This document shows, one piece after another, positions 10,666-18,840 of a stretch of 64,000 nt of DNA (positions are counted from its first letter, which is position 1; the number at the start of each line of letters is the position of its first letter). The DNA is from Candidatus Gastranaerophilales bacterium (GTDB lineage Bacteria; Cyanobacteriota; Vampirovibrionia; Gastranaerophilales; Gastranaerophilaceae). Under the pieces are notes generated by a model, which made no database searches, had not been told where the DNA came from, and saw only the letters and a program-made list of their open reading frames with translations. The stretch is from the NCBI GenBank assembly GCA_944322875.1, contig CALUQI010000001.1, forward strand, positions 3,467 to 67,466, read 5' to 3'. A program made the position numbers and the translations under genes.

Positions 10666-11376
10666 ATGTCGGAAAAAAGAATTTTAATAGTTGACGATGA
10701 TGATGAAATAAGAGAGCTTTTAGAGTTTGATGTTTCTCAAAGCGGGTATTTCGTTGATTCTGCAAAAGATGGGTTAGAAGGTCTTAATAAAGCATTGAAC
10801 AATACCTACGATTTAATCTTGTTGGATGTTATGATGCCGAAAATGAATGGTTTTGATGTTTGTAAAAATATCCGACAAGCTAAGTTAGCTATTCCTATTT
10901 TAATGCTAACGGCAAAAGGTACTATCGATGATAAAACAGAAGGTTTTGACTGTGGTGCCGATGATTATCTTGTTAAACCTTTTGATATTCAGGAAGTCCT
11001 TTTGAGAATTCGTGTCCTTTTAAGACGTAATAATATTGAGGAAGAAAAAAATTCACTTTCGGATGAAATTTTAAATGTTGGTGATATATCTATTTCACCT
11101 GAGACTTTAGAGGCTGTGATTGTTAATAAAAAAGTTAAATTAACTCCTACTGAGTTTGAAATTCTTTATTGTCTTATGCAGCATTTTAATAACCCCGTTA
11201 CGCTTGCAACTCTTTTAGATGAAGTTTGGGGTTACGATAGCGATGAAGATGTTAGAATGCTCAGGGTTCATGTTGGTGGTTTAAGAAATAAAATTGAGCC
11301 CGACAGTAAAAACCCTAAGTATCTTCATACGGTTACTAATGTAGGTTACAAGTTAACTCCGTTTGCAGAAGGGTAA
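10666..11376 (+). CDS. OmpR/PhoB-family response regulator
   Basis: 236 aa. Canonical receiver domain (DDDD, LLDVMMP, LTAKG, LVKPF) plus a winged-helix output domain (LTPTEFEIL...VGYKL). Confidence 0.9.
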   Translation: MSEKRILIVDDDDEIRELLEFDVSQSGYFVDSAKDGLEGLNKALNNTYDLILLDVMMPKMNGFDVCKNIRQAKLAIPILMLTAKGTIDDKTEGFDCGADDYLVKPFDIQEVLLRIRVLLRRNNIEEEKNSLSDEILNVGDISISPETLEAVIVNKKVKLTPTEFEILYCLMQHFNNPVTLATLLDEVWGYDSDEDVRMLRVHVGGLRNKIEPDSKNPKYLHTVTNVGYKLTPFAEG

Positions 11377-11379
11377 AAT

Positions 11380-13056
11380 ATGTTTTTTAAGTTTAAACGG
11401 CTCAAGATAGTTGAACAAATTGCAGTTGTTTTTTTTCTGGCTGTTTTAATCCCAATGACTATCAGCGGTTTCATTATTAATAACATTAACCAGCAGACTG
11501 TGCGTTCTCAATTAAGAGAATATGCCGTATTGATAGCTAATATGGTGTCTGATGAAATTGATTTTTTTGCAGCACAAAATAAGATGACTCTGAATCAAAT
11601 TGCTTTTACTTTGAATTATTTGCAATCAGAAGAACAAAAAAATAAATTTTTTAATGATATAAAACGTAATGTGTCAAGTTGTGACGAAATTTCAATAGTA
11701 AAATATCAATCAGATTTAGATGAATTAATAAAAATAGGCAGACAAGAAAAAAAAGCCGTATTGTATACAAGGTTAAAAGACGGAAATTATCTTGTGATCA
11801 CCTATAATATAGATGAAATCCGTTCTAATCTTTTTAAGTCCCTGGATGAAGATAGCAGGCAGATATATGTACTTGCGGAAGATGACAGGTTGATTGCTGC
11901 ACATAATTATACCGATGATGTCTTCCGTAAAACCATGGATTTGCTCCCTAAGTACAGAAAATACGATGAGCCGGTTATTTTCGGTGATGTAAAAAACCAG
12001 CCTCTGGTATATGTTACTAAGCAAGAGCCTAAGATAACTATTGTTGTTAATACGACGGAAGGTGTTACAAAACGTGCTATAAATGATAACAGAGTTAAAA
12101 TTATTCTTTCTGTTTTTGCGGCTTCAGTTGCTATATTGTTTTTTACCGCACTCTATACATACTATCTTTATATAAATATTAGACAACTTTTTAAAGGAAT
12201 TATAGCAGTATCCAAAGGAAACTATAACCGTCAAATAAGGCTTTTGACAACAGCATTTACTCCTTATGAGATAGTTTTCCTTGCTTTCGAGTTTAATAAA
12301 ATGGCAAATGCTATTCATAAATCATATTTGCAGCTACAGAAAAATAACGTTGAACTTAAAGAATTAAACGAATTCAGATCTAATTTGATTGATACGGTTA
12401 GTCACGAGTTAAGAACTCCTTTAACGAGTATTCAAGGCTACACATCAAGGTTGATGCGTCAGGATATTAACATTGATGAAGAAACAAAACAAAAGTCTTT
12501 AAGAATTATAAAAGAACAGTCAGAAAAACTTCAGCGATTGATAGAAGATTTGTTAACAATACCTGACATAGAAAGAATGCGTCTTAAAACTGTAAACGAA
12601 CCTACTAATTTATCAGAAGTTCTTGAACGCTCAGAGATGCTTTTACGAAAAAAAGATGGTCGTAAGATAATTACTAAAATTGACAAGAATTTCCCATTTG
12701 TATATGCAGATAAAGGTCGTTTGGAACAGGTTTTTGTCAATCTTTTAGAAAATGCGGTTAAATATTCTTATCCTGACTCTATAATCAAAGTAGAAGCTCA
12801 AGTAGATGGAAACAAGGCGAAAGTTTTTGTCAAAAATGATTGTGATGTTATTCCAAAAGAAAAGCTTAACAGACTTTTTGGTAAATTTGTAAGGCTTGAA
12901 GATAATACTACAAGAACCACAAGGGGAACTGGGTTAGGATTGTTTATAGTAAAAGGTCTTATAGAAGCAATGAATGGCAGGATAGAGTTATCGTCATATG
13001 CAGGATGCGGATTTTGCGCAGAGGTTATTTTAGAACTTGCAGGAGTTGATTTGTAA
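11380..13056 (+). CDS. Membrane sensor histidine kinase (partner of the preceding regulator)
   Basis: 558 aa. Two TM segments flank an extracytoplasmic region of about 200 aa. HAMP-like linker, H-box SHELRTPLTSI, and ATPase boxes LLENAVKYS and GTGLGLFIVK. Confidence 0.85.
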   Translation: MFFKFKRLKIVEQIAVVFFLAVLIPMTISGFIINNINQQTVRSQLREYAVLIANMVSDEIDFFAAQNKMTLNQIAFTLNYLQSEEQKNKFFNDIKRNVSSCDEISIVKYQSDLDELIKIGRQEKKAVLYTRLKDGNYLVITYNIDEIRSNLFKSLDEDSRQIYVLAEDDRLIAAHNYTDDVFRKTMDLLPKYRKYDEPVIFGDVKNQPLVYVTKQEPKITIVVNTTEGVTKRAINDNRVKIILSVFAASVAILFFTALYTYYLYINIRQLFKGIIAVSKGNYNRQIRLLTTAFTPYEIVFLAFEFNKMANAIHKSYLQLQKNNVELKELNEFRSNLIDTVSHELRTPLTSIQGYTSRLMRQDINIDEETKQKSLRIIKEQSEKLQRLIEDLLTIPDIERMRLKTVNEPTNLSEVLERSEMLLRKKDGRKIITKIDKNFPFVYADKGRLEQVFVNLLENAVKYSYPDSIIKVEAQVDGNKAKVFVKNDCDVIPKEKLNRLFGKFVRLEDNTTRTTRGTGLGLFIVKGLIEAMNGRIELSSYAGCGFCAEVILELAGVDL

Positions 13057-13488
13057 ATGTTCATGGATAGTGCGATAAAACTCGCTGAGTCAGTTAAAGA
13101 TGAAATCCCTGTAGGAGCTGTTATAGTAAAGGATGAAAATATTATTGCAGCGGCTTCAAACAGAAAGGAAACAGAAAACGATGTCACTTCTCATGCAGAA
13201 ATTCTTGTTATAAGAGAAGCAGAAAAAAAATTAAAAAATTGGAGACTTAAAGACTGTGATATGTATGTTACTCTTGAGCCTTGTCCTATGTGTGCTTGGG
13301 CAATAATTAACGCCGGAATAAGATGTGTTTACTTTGGTTCTTACGATGTTAATTACGGAGCGTTAGGTTCTAAAATTGATTTACGCAAGATTGCCAATTC
13401 TAAGTTGAAGGTTTATGGCGGAATCTCCGAAAAAAAATGTGATAGTATTTTGATAAATTATTTTAAAAATATGAGGAATAAATCTTAA
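13057..13488 (+). CDS. tadA: tRNA-specific adenosine deaminase
   Basis: 143 aa. Deaminase zinc motifs HAE and PCPMC. Its ATG directly follows the kinase stop codon (TAAATG). Confidence 0.9.
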   Translation: MFMDSAIKLAESVKDEIPVGAVIVKDENIIAAASNRKETENDVTSHAEILVIREAEKKLKNWRLKDCDMYVTLEPCPMCAWAIINAGIRCVYFGSYDVNYGALGSKIDLRKIANSKLKVYGGISEKKCDSILINYFKNMRNKS

Positions 13489-13552
13489 TATATATCATGA
13501 TTTTTAAATTTATGTGTTTTGATTATTAATAGTTATTGTATAAGGAAATAAA

Positions 13553-14425
13553 ATGATTAAAATATTTGCAAATAAATTTACCCAAATAACAAATAATTCT
13601 TTCAAGAAAAATAATTTCATAAAAACGAAGTCATATCTTTCGGATAGTTTTCAATTGCATGTAAATGCCCAAAATGACAAAATGTTTTCCATAAAAGAAT
13701 TCATTTTATCTTCACTAAATCGGAAAAAATTAAATCCCAAAAGTTTTGTTACAGATTCTTATGCGCCTAAAACGGTCTTTTCTAAGTCAGAAAAAGCCAT
13801 TAAGATTTCTAATAAATATGCAAAAACAGATTGTTTAATGGAATATGACAAAGTTATTGACGGTTTTCGTGACGGAGGTTCAAGGGCCGTTTTTGATAAA
13901 TCGGGGAATTGTATCTCCGAAAACAGTAAAGTTGTAATTGTTGATAGGGGTGCAGATGTATATTTGAGTTCTGTTATTAATTACGTAAAAGAAAAAACAT
14001 TGCAGATGTCAGAAAATAAAAAAATGAAATTTTTGTATAATTTTATTTCTGATATTAGCGGAAACACCCCTAAAAAATCGGTATATCCCCTAGAAATAGC
14101 ACATTCTACCGCAGAAAAAGATCAATTAATCGGTAAAATTTTTGAAAATGAATGTGCTTTATGTGATCACAAAGCAATTATGTATAAGATCCTTGCTGAT
14201 GAAACAGGTCTTCAAACAAGACTTATTAGGGGTAAATGGGTTGGAACAGATGGAGTCTCTAAACATGTTTGGAATGAAGTTAAACTTAAAGATAATAAAA
14301 ATTATCTTGTTGATATGCAAAATTCCCAAATAGTTAATTTATCATCCTCAAAAGCTCATAAAAATCCTAAACTAATACCTTATACAAATGTTTTTAATGA
14401 ATCTATGTATTATGTATTTGATTAA
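13553..14425 (+). CDS. Hypothetical protein with a transglutaminase-like Cys-His-Asp core
   Basis: 290 aa. ECALCDHKAIMYKILADETGLQTRLIRGKW...HVWNEVKL...YLVDMQ matches the C...GxxxRxxxG...HxWxEV...D pattern of transglutaminase-like cysteine proteases. Confidence 0.45.
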   Translation: MIKIFANKFTQITNNSFKKNNFIKTKSYLSDSFQLHVNAQNDKMFSIKEFILSSLNRKKLNPKSFVTDSYAPKTVFSKSEKAIKISNKYAKTDCLMEYDKVIDGFRDGGSRAVFDKSGNCISENSKVVIVDRGADVYLSSVINYVKEKTLQMSENKKMKFLYNFISDISGNTPKKSVYPLEIAHSTAEKDQLIGKIFENECALCDHKAIMYKILADETGLQTRLIRGKWVGTDGVSKHVWNEVKLKDNKNYLVDMQNSQIVNLSSSKAHKNPKLIPYTNVFNESMYYVFD

Positions 14426-14453
14426 TTAAATTTTATATGTTAGTCTTTAAATT

Positions 14454-15200
14454 ATGATTATGAAATCCGATATTGATGCTTTGGTTTTGAAATATGAAAC
14501 TATTGATTTTGTTAAAAATGATCCAATACAGTTTCCCAAAAGATATTCGGACAAAAAAGATGTGGAAATATCGGCTTTTATAGCGTCATTGTTAGCATAT
14601 GGCAGGCGTGATGTTTTTATAAAGAAACTTGAAGATTTATTTGATATTGCTCAAAATGAACCTTATAATTTTATAATGAACTTTGAGTCCGGTATGCTTG
14701 GTAATTTTAATTATAGATTTGGTAAATCCCAAGATTTTTCACAAATTTTTTCAATTATGCGTGAACTTTATGAAAGTAATTCAGGTCTGGAATCTTTGTT
14801 TAAATATGCTTTTGAAAATCCTGTTGAAAATAATGTGTTTATACCTGTAATTGATTATTTTTATTCGCGTGTTAAAGAACCTGTTGGGCAAGGGTTTTAT
14901 TTTATGCTTCCTAATCCGAGAAATGGCGGTGCTATGAAGCGTATGTGCATGTTTTTGCGTTGGATGGTTAGAAAAGGACCAGTTGATCTTGGAATTTGGG
15001 ATTTTATCTTGCCGTCAAATTTATTAATTCCGCTGGATGTCCATGTCGCAAGAATTTCGCGTGAAATGGGTTTGTTGAAAAGGACTTCTAACGACTTTAA
15101 AGCCGTTTTAGAATTAACTGAAAACCTTAAAAAATTTGATTATAACGATCCAATTAAATACGATTTTGCTATGTTCGGATATGGTGTTGATAATTCTTGA
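14454..15200 (+). CDS. Conserved hypothetical protein, probably the TIGR02757/DUF2400 family
   Basis: 248 aa. N-terminal DPIQFPKRYSDKKDVEISAFIASLLAYGRRD and C-terminal PLDVHVARISREMGLL resemble my recollection of this family. Not verifiable here. Confidence 0.45.
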   Translation: MIMKSDIDALVLKYETIDFVKNDPIQFPKRYSDKKDVEISAFIASLLAYGRRDVFIKKLEDLFDIAQNEPYNFIMNFESGMLGNFNYRFGKSQDFSQIFSIMRELYESNSGLESLFKYAFENPVENNVFIPVIDYFYSRVKEPVGQGFYFMLPNPRNGGAMKRMCMFLRWMVRKGPVDLGIWDFILPSNLLIPLDVHVARISREMGLLKRTSNDFKAVLELTENLKKFDYNDPIKYDFAMFGYGVDNS

Positions 15201-15202
15201 GT

Positions 15203-16312
15203 TTATTGCTTGCAAAATACAGATTTATTTGATGTTGAACGAGCCCTGTCACCCCAGTTTCCATCGTCGGATGGATTGCCAAAATATCCTATAACTAGGG
15301 CCCTACGCATTGTTGAATAGTTTCCGACACCTGAAGTTGCGTTGTTGTATTCAGTGTCACCCCACAGATATGTCCAAGATGTTTTTCCAGTTTTCGTGAG
15401 CCCTAAAGCATATGCTCTTTCTTCATTTTGGAAAACGTAACTTGCTAATGTGTCCAGTTCTGCAGATGTTAGCATATTTTGTTTCCCTCCGCAGTATTTC
15501 ACTGCACCTGCCCAATAATCAGTATCAGATTTGCAATCGTTTATACCGAGTTCTGATTTTAAATTTTCACATTCTGCACTTGTTATTGCAGGTGGCTTTG
15601 CTATTGCTTTTATGCAAGCATCACCTATTTTAAAAGCACAGCCTTCATCACCTACTGTTGCATTTGAAAGTCGGATATCCTTGTTTTTTTGATTAGGTTT
15701 GGAAAAACTTGTTGTATCGTATATCAACGCTATACAATCTGTTGAAAACTTGATGTTGTTTTTATCACCTGATATTCCAATAGCATTATTATCAAAAGGG
15801 TTAGCATTACATTGAGGGTTATAAGCAATTATTCCGCTTACTCCGTTTGCAAATTGTAACCCCATTGTATTTGTACCCCAGTCCTTTTTCCCAAGTTCTT
15901 TTGCTGTCTTCAAGCTTTCTGCTTTTGTTGGTGAATTTGGGTCATTTGAATATGTGCTTTCGTCAGATAAGTTGACTACACTTGTTGCTCCGTTTATTTC
16001 CTCTGTAAAACATTCATTTAATTGAGTATTATCGCAAATCTTTGTTATTTTTATATATTTTTGCAGGTTATTTACAAAATTTTCAGTAGTTCCGAGCCCA
16101 ACCAGATTTTGTTGGGTGTTCATTATTCTTAATGCTTCACCTAACTTTGTTTCAAATGCACTTGCTGCTGTATTTTGTTGTTTTGTTTGATAATTATTAA
16201 CCAAATTAGGAATAGTCAACGCAGCAACGACACCAATAACGGTAATAGTGATTAAGACTTCAGCAAGAGTAAAAGCATAACGACGATATTTAACTTTGCC
16301 AAAAGATTTCAT
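15203..16312 (-). CDS. Prepilin-type N-terminal cleavage/methylation domain protein (type IV pilin-like / T2SS pseudopilin-like) with a large Cys-rich C-terminal domain
   Basis: MKSFGKVKYRRY-AFTLAEVLITITVIGVVAALTIPNL is a class III signal motif. About 340 aa follow, containing 10 Cys. I place the start at ATG 16312 (GGAGG just upstream) rather than the track's alternative start at 16336. Confidence 0.8.
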   Translation of the reverse strand: MKSFGKVKYRRYAFTLAEVLITITVIGVVAALTIPNLVNNYQTKQQNTAASAFETKLGEALRIMNTQQNLVGLGTTENFVNNLQKYIKITKICDNTQLNECFTEEINGATSVVNLSDESTYSNDPNSPTKAESLKTAKELGKKDWGTNTMGLQFANGVSGIIAYNPQCNANPFDNNAIGISGDKNNIKFSTDCIALIYDTTSFSKPNQKNKDIRLSNATVGDEGCAFKIGDACIKAIAKPPAITSAECENLKSELGINDCKSDTDYWAGAVKYCGGKQNMLTSAELDTLASYVFQNEERAYALGLTKTGKTSWTYLWGDTEYNNATSGVGNYSTMRRALVIGYFGNPSDDGNWGDRARSTSNKSVFCKQ

Positions 16313-16345
16313 AAACCCTCCAAACCTATAGATCAACCTAATTAA

Positions 16346-16374
16346 ATTATAGTAATGAAACCTTGTAAAGTCAA
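16346..16374 (-). promoter_or_regulatory. Proximal sigma70-type promoter of the pilin-like gene
   Basis: On the minus strand: TTGACT (16374..16369), 17-nt spacer, TATAAT (16351..16346). Confidence 0.5.
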
Positions 16375-16392
16375 GTGAACAAAGGATTTGGG

Positions 16393-16461
16393 CTATCTGC
16401 CCCCCCCCCCTGTAAGAAAACTAGATATAGTATGCATTTTAAGGATTGTTATCTTTCTCAT
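16393..16461 (-). CDS. Candidate 22-codon leader ORF containing the poly-G tract
   Basis: GGGAGA-N7-ATG (ATG at 16461). Translation MRKITILKMHTISSFLTGGGGR*. The Gly codons are the G11 tract. There is no homology support. Confidence 0.25.
   Translation of the reverse strand: MRKITILKMHTISSFLTGGGGR
16400..16410. repeat. Homopolymeric C11 (G11 on the coding strand) tract
   Basis: Read directly: ...ctatctgCCCCCCCCCCCtgtaag... I saw no other G/C homopolymer longer than about 5 nt in the window. Confidence 0.95.
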
Positions 16462-16493
16462 TTTTCTGTCTCCCTTCGGTTAACGATGTAGCT

Positions 16494-16522
16494 ATATTAA
16501 TATTTTTCTCTGATTTTGTCAA
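16494..16522 (-). promoter_or_regulatory. Distal sigma70-type promoter upstream of the leader ORF
   Basis: On the minus strand: TTGACA (16522..16517), 17-nt spacer, TAATAT (16499..16494). Confidence 0.4.
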
Positions 16523-16540
16523 TACAAATATTTATGCGCA

Positions 16541-16570
16541 CAAAATAAAAGGCGATGGAGGGCACCGCCT
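16541..16570 (-). terminator. Probable terminator of the REC-GGDEF gene
   Basis: On the minus strand: GGCGGTG-ccctc-CATCGCC (one mismatch) followed by TTTTATTTTG. Confidence 0.4.
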
Positions 16571-16627
16571 ATTAACCAGATATACACACTTTTTAAAGTG
16601 TTCAGAAAGGAGGATTTTTAAATAATT

Positions 16628-17500
16628 CTATTCTCCTAGGTTTATCTGTGAGAATTGAACTATTTTGTTTTTACCGCGTTTTTTTGCGTTATATAATGCG
16701 TGTTCTGCATAGCGAATTATTGTATTTGCATCTTCTTCTGCAGCTTCTATACAAGGATATGTTGAAATCCCACCTGATATTGTTATAGGGTGTCTTTCTT
16801 CTTCTCCTGCCGGTATGAATTCCATTTTCTCTATATCGCGCCTGAATCTTTCTGCAAACAGAAATGCATTATCTTCTGATGTGTTAGGTAAGATTAGTAG
16901 AAATTCTTCGTCACCATATCTTGTTAAAACATCTTCTTTTCTTATTAATTGCTTTAATTTGTCCGCAATTGAACGTAAAAGTACATCTCCCCATTCGTAT
17001 CCATATATGTCATTAACAACCTTAAAAAAGTCAAGATCAAACAGTAAACATGAAAGACTTGTACCGTATCTTCTTGCGCGTGAAATTTCTTGTTCTAAAC
17101 GTTCATTGAGATATTTTCTGTTATGTAATCCGGTAAGTTCATCAGTAGTTGAAACTACTTTTAGCTTTTCTCTCAGATCTCTAATTTTTAAAAGACAATT
17201 TGTCCGGATTAAAAGTTCTTCATTATCAACCGGCGTCTTTATATAGTCATAAGCCACTGCTCTAACGGTTGTTCCTTTAAATGACTCTCCTATGAACAGT
17301 ACTGGAACTTTAAATTTTATTACCATTAAAATCTCTTTTAAATCAGGTACATTTTCAACAACAACTATTGCCGGATTAAGGGTTTCATATTCTTTAAGTT
17401 TTGATGCTTGTTCTATCCTGATATTAGTATCATCAATTTTCGATAATATATCCGATATGTTTGAAACGTTTTTGTCTGTATATATTATAATATTTCTCAT
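16628..17500 (-). CDS. Receiver-like domain fused to a degenerate GGDEF domain (GDEEF)
   Basis: 290 aa. The GGDEF domain is clear (LTGLHNRKY, FDLDFFKVVND, RKED-x5-GDEEF). The DNA at 16901..16915 reads GGT GAC GAA GAA TTT on the coding strand. The receiver has Glu where the phospho-Asp is expected (VVVENVPD). Confidence 0.85.
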   Translation of the reverse strand: MRNIIIYTDKNVSNISDILSKIDDTNIRIEQASKLKEYETLNPAIVVVENVPDLKEILMVIKFKVPVLFIGESFKGTTVRAVAYDYIKTPVDNEELLIRTNCLLKIRDLREKLKVVSTTDELTGLHNRKYLNERLEQEISRARRYGTSLSCLLFDLDFFKVVNDIYGYEWGDVLLRSIADKLKQLIRKEDVLTRYGDEEFLLILPNTSEDNAFLFAERFRRDIEKMEFIPAGEEERHPITISGGISTYPCIEAAEEDANTIIRYAEHALYNAKKRGKNKIVQFSQINLGE

Positions 17501-17671
17501 TGAAACTTCCCCTAAGTTAACCTCTATAAGAGTTTAACATAGCGTGCATGTCAAATCAAAATTGTTACATTTGTTTAACAAAATTAATTTTAGCAAAATT
17601 TTTGATATTTATTTTCTATTAATATCTAAAAGATTTTTATTTTGATTAATTTATTGTGGTAAAATAATTTT

Positions 17672-18175
17672 ATGGAAATAACTGTCAAAAGAATGCAAAA
17701 AACCGATCTTGATGCGGTTATGCTTATTGAAGAACAGGCTTATGGTGAGCATCATTGGTCTAAAGATTCTTTTTTAAGTGAGCTTGCTAACAGTTTGGCG
17801 CGTTATTACAGCGCATTCAATGACGAAGGATTTTTGATAGGTTATGCAGGCAGTTGGCAAATTTTGGAGGAAGTACATATTACAAATATTGCTGTTGCTC
17901 CCGATTACAGAAGGAAAAAAGTCGGTGAAACTCTTTTAAGAAGTATTATTGATGATTGTTACTTAAACAAAGCTAAGTATATTACCTTAGAAGTTAGAGT
18001 ATCAAATATTGCCGCGATAAATTTGTATGAAAAATACGGATTTAAATCTTTAGGTACTCGCAAGGGATATTACCAAAATAATAATGAAGATGCATTAATA
18101 ATGTGGACAGAAAATATATTTTACGATAAATTTAAATTGAATTACGAAAAAATTGTTTCCAGAGGGCTAAAATGA
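17672..18175 (+). CDS. rimI: Ribosomal-protein-alanine N-acetyltransferase (GNAT)
   Basis: 167 aa. GNAT motif A (RRKKVGETLL). RimI-like length and N-terminal IEEQAY pattern. Confidence 0.75.
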   Translation: MEITVKRMQKTDLDAVMLIEEQAYGEHHWSKDSFLSELANSLARYYSAFNDEGFLIGYAGSWQILEEVHITNIAVAPDYRRKKVGETLLRSIIDDCYLNKAKYITLEVRVSNIAAINLYEKYGFKSLGTRKGYYQNNNEDALIMWTENIFYDKFKLNYEKIVSRGLK

Positions 18176-18840
18176 CAGATGATGAATCAATGATTCCTAA
18201 GATTAAGAGGGTCAAAAAAGAAAAAAAGAAGATTAAAATCCCGTTTTTAAATATACTTCTTGTGCTATTTTGCTCTTTTTTACTTATGGTATCAACGTTT
18301 GTACAGTTGAATATAACGCATTTTATAATTCCTGTTGATATTTTTTCTAATAATCATTTAACAAAGGAAAATTTTTTGTACACATTTTCTATAATTCCTC
18401 AGATTCCTGCTGTTTTATTTGTTGTAGGATTGATGGGTCGTAGATTAAGTATAACAAGTATTATTTTGTACATTATAATTGGCTTATTTTGTTTCCCTAT
18501 ATTCGCATTGGGCGGAGGTCTTAAGTATTTTTTTGAACCTGGTTTCGGGTATATTATAGCCTATATTCCGGCGGTATTTTTTGCAGGTTCTATTTTGGAA
18601 AGTGGGTTTTCTATACGTAATATTTTAAAAGCCGCTTTGGTTGGTGTTGTTGTAATACATATTATCGGCATAATTTATATGCTTTTTATAGCAGCTTTAA
18701 GACACGACGGGTGGGAATTTATTAAAGGATGGATAATTTCACAAAGTTTGCTTAAAGTAGCATATGATTACATATTAAGTTTAGTTGCGATATTTGTTGC
18801 AAAATATGCCAATAAATATGTTAAGTACTTAATTGGCTAA
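18172..18840 (+). CDS. bioY: Biotin transporter BioY (ECF S-component)
   Basis: 222 aa. Multi-TM protein. PIFALGGGLKYFFEPGFGYIIAY matches the BioY GlPvFa..gG......PtgGyl signature. ATGA overlap with rimI. Confidence 0.7.
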   Translation: MTDDESMIPKIKRVKKEKKKIKIPFLNILLVLFCSFLLMVSTFVQLNITHFIIPVDIFSNNHLTKENFLYTFSIIPQIPAVLFVVGLMGRRLSITSIILYIIIGLFCFPIFALGGGLKYFFEPGFGYIIAYIPAVFFAGSILESGFSIRNILKAALVGVVVIHIIGIIYMLFIAALRHDGWEFIKGWIISQSLLKVAYDYILSLVAIFVAKYANKYVKYLIG

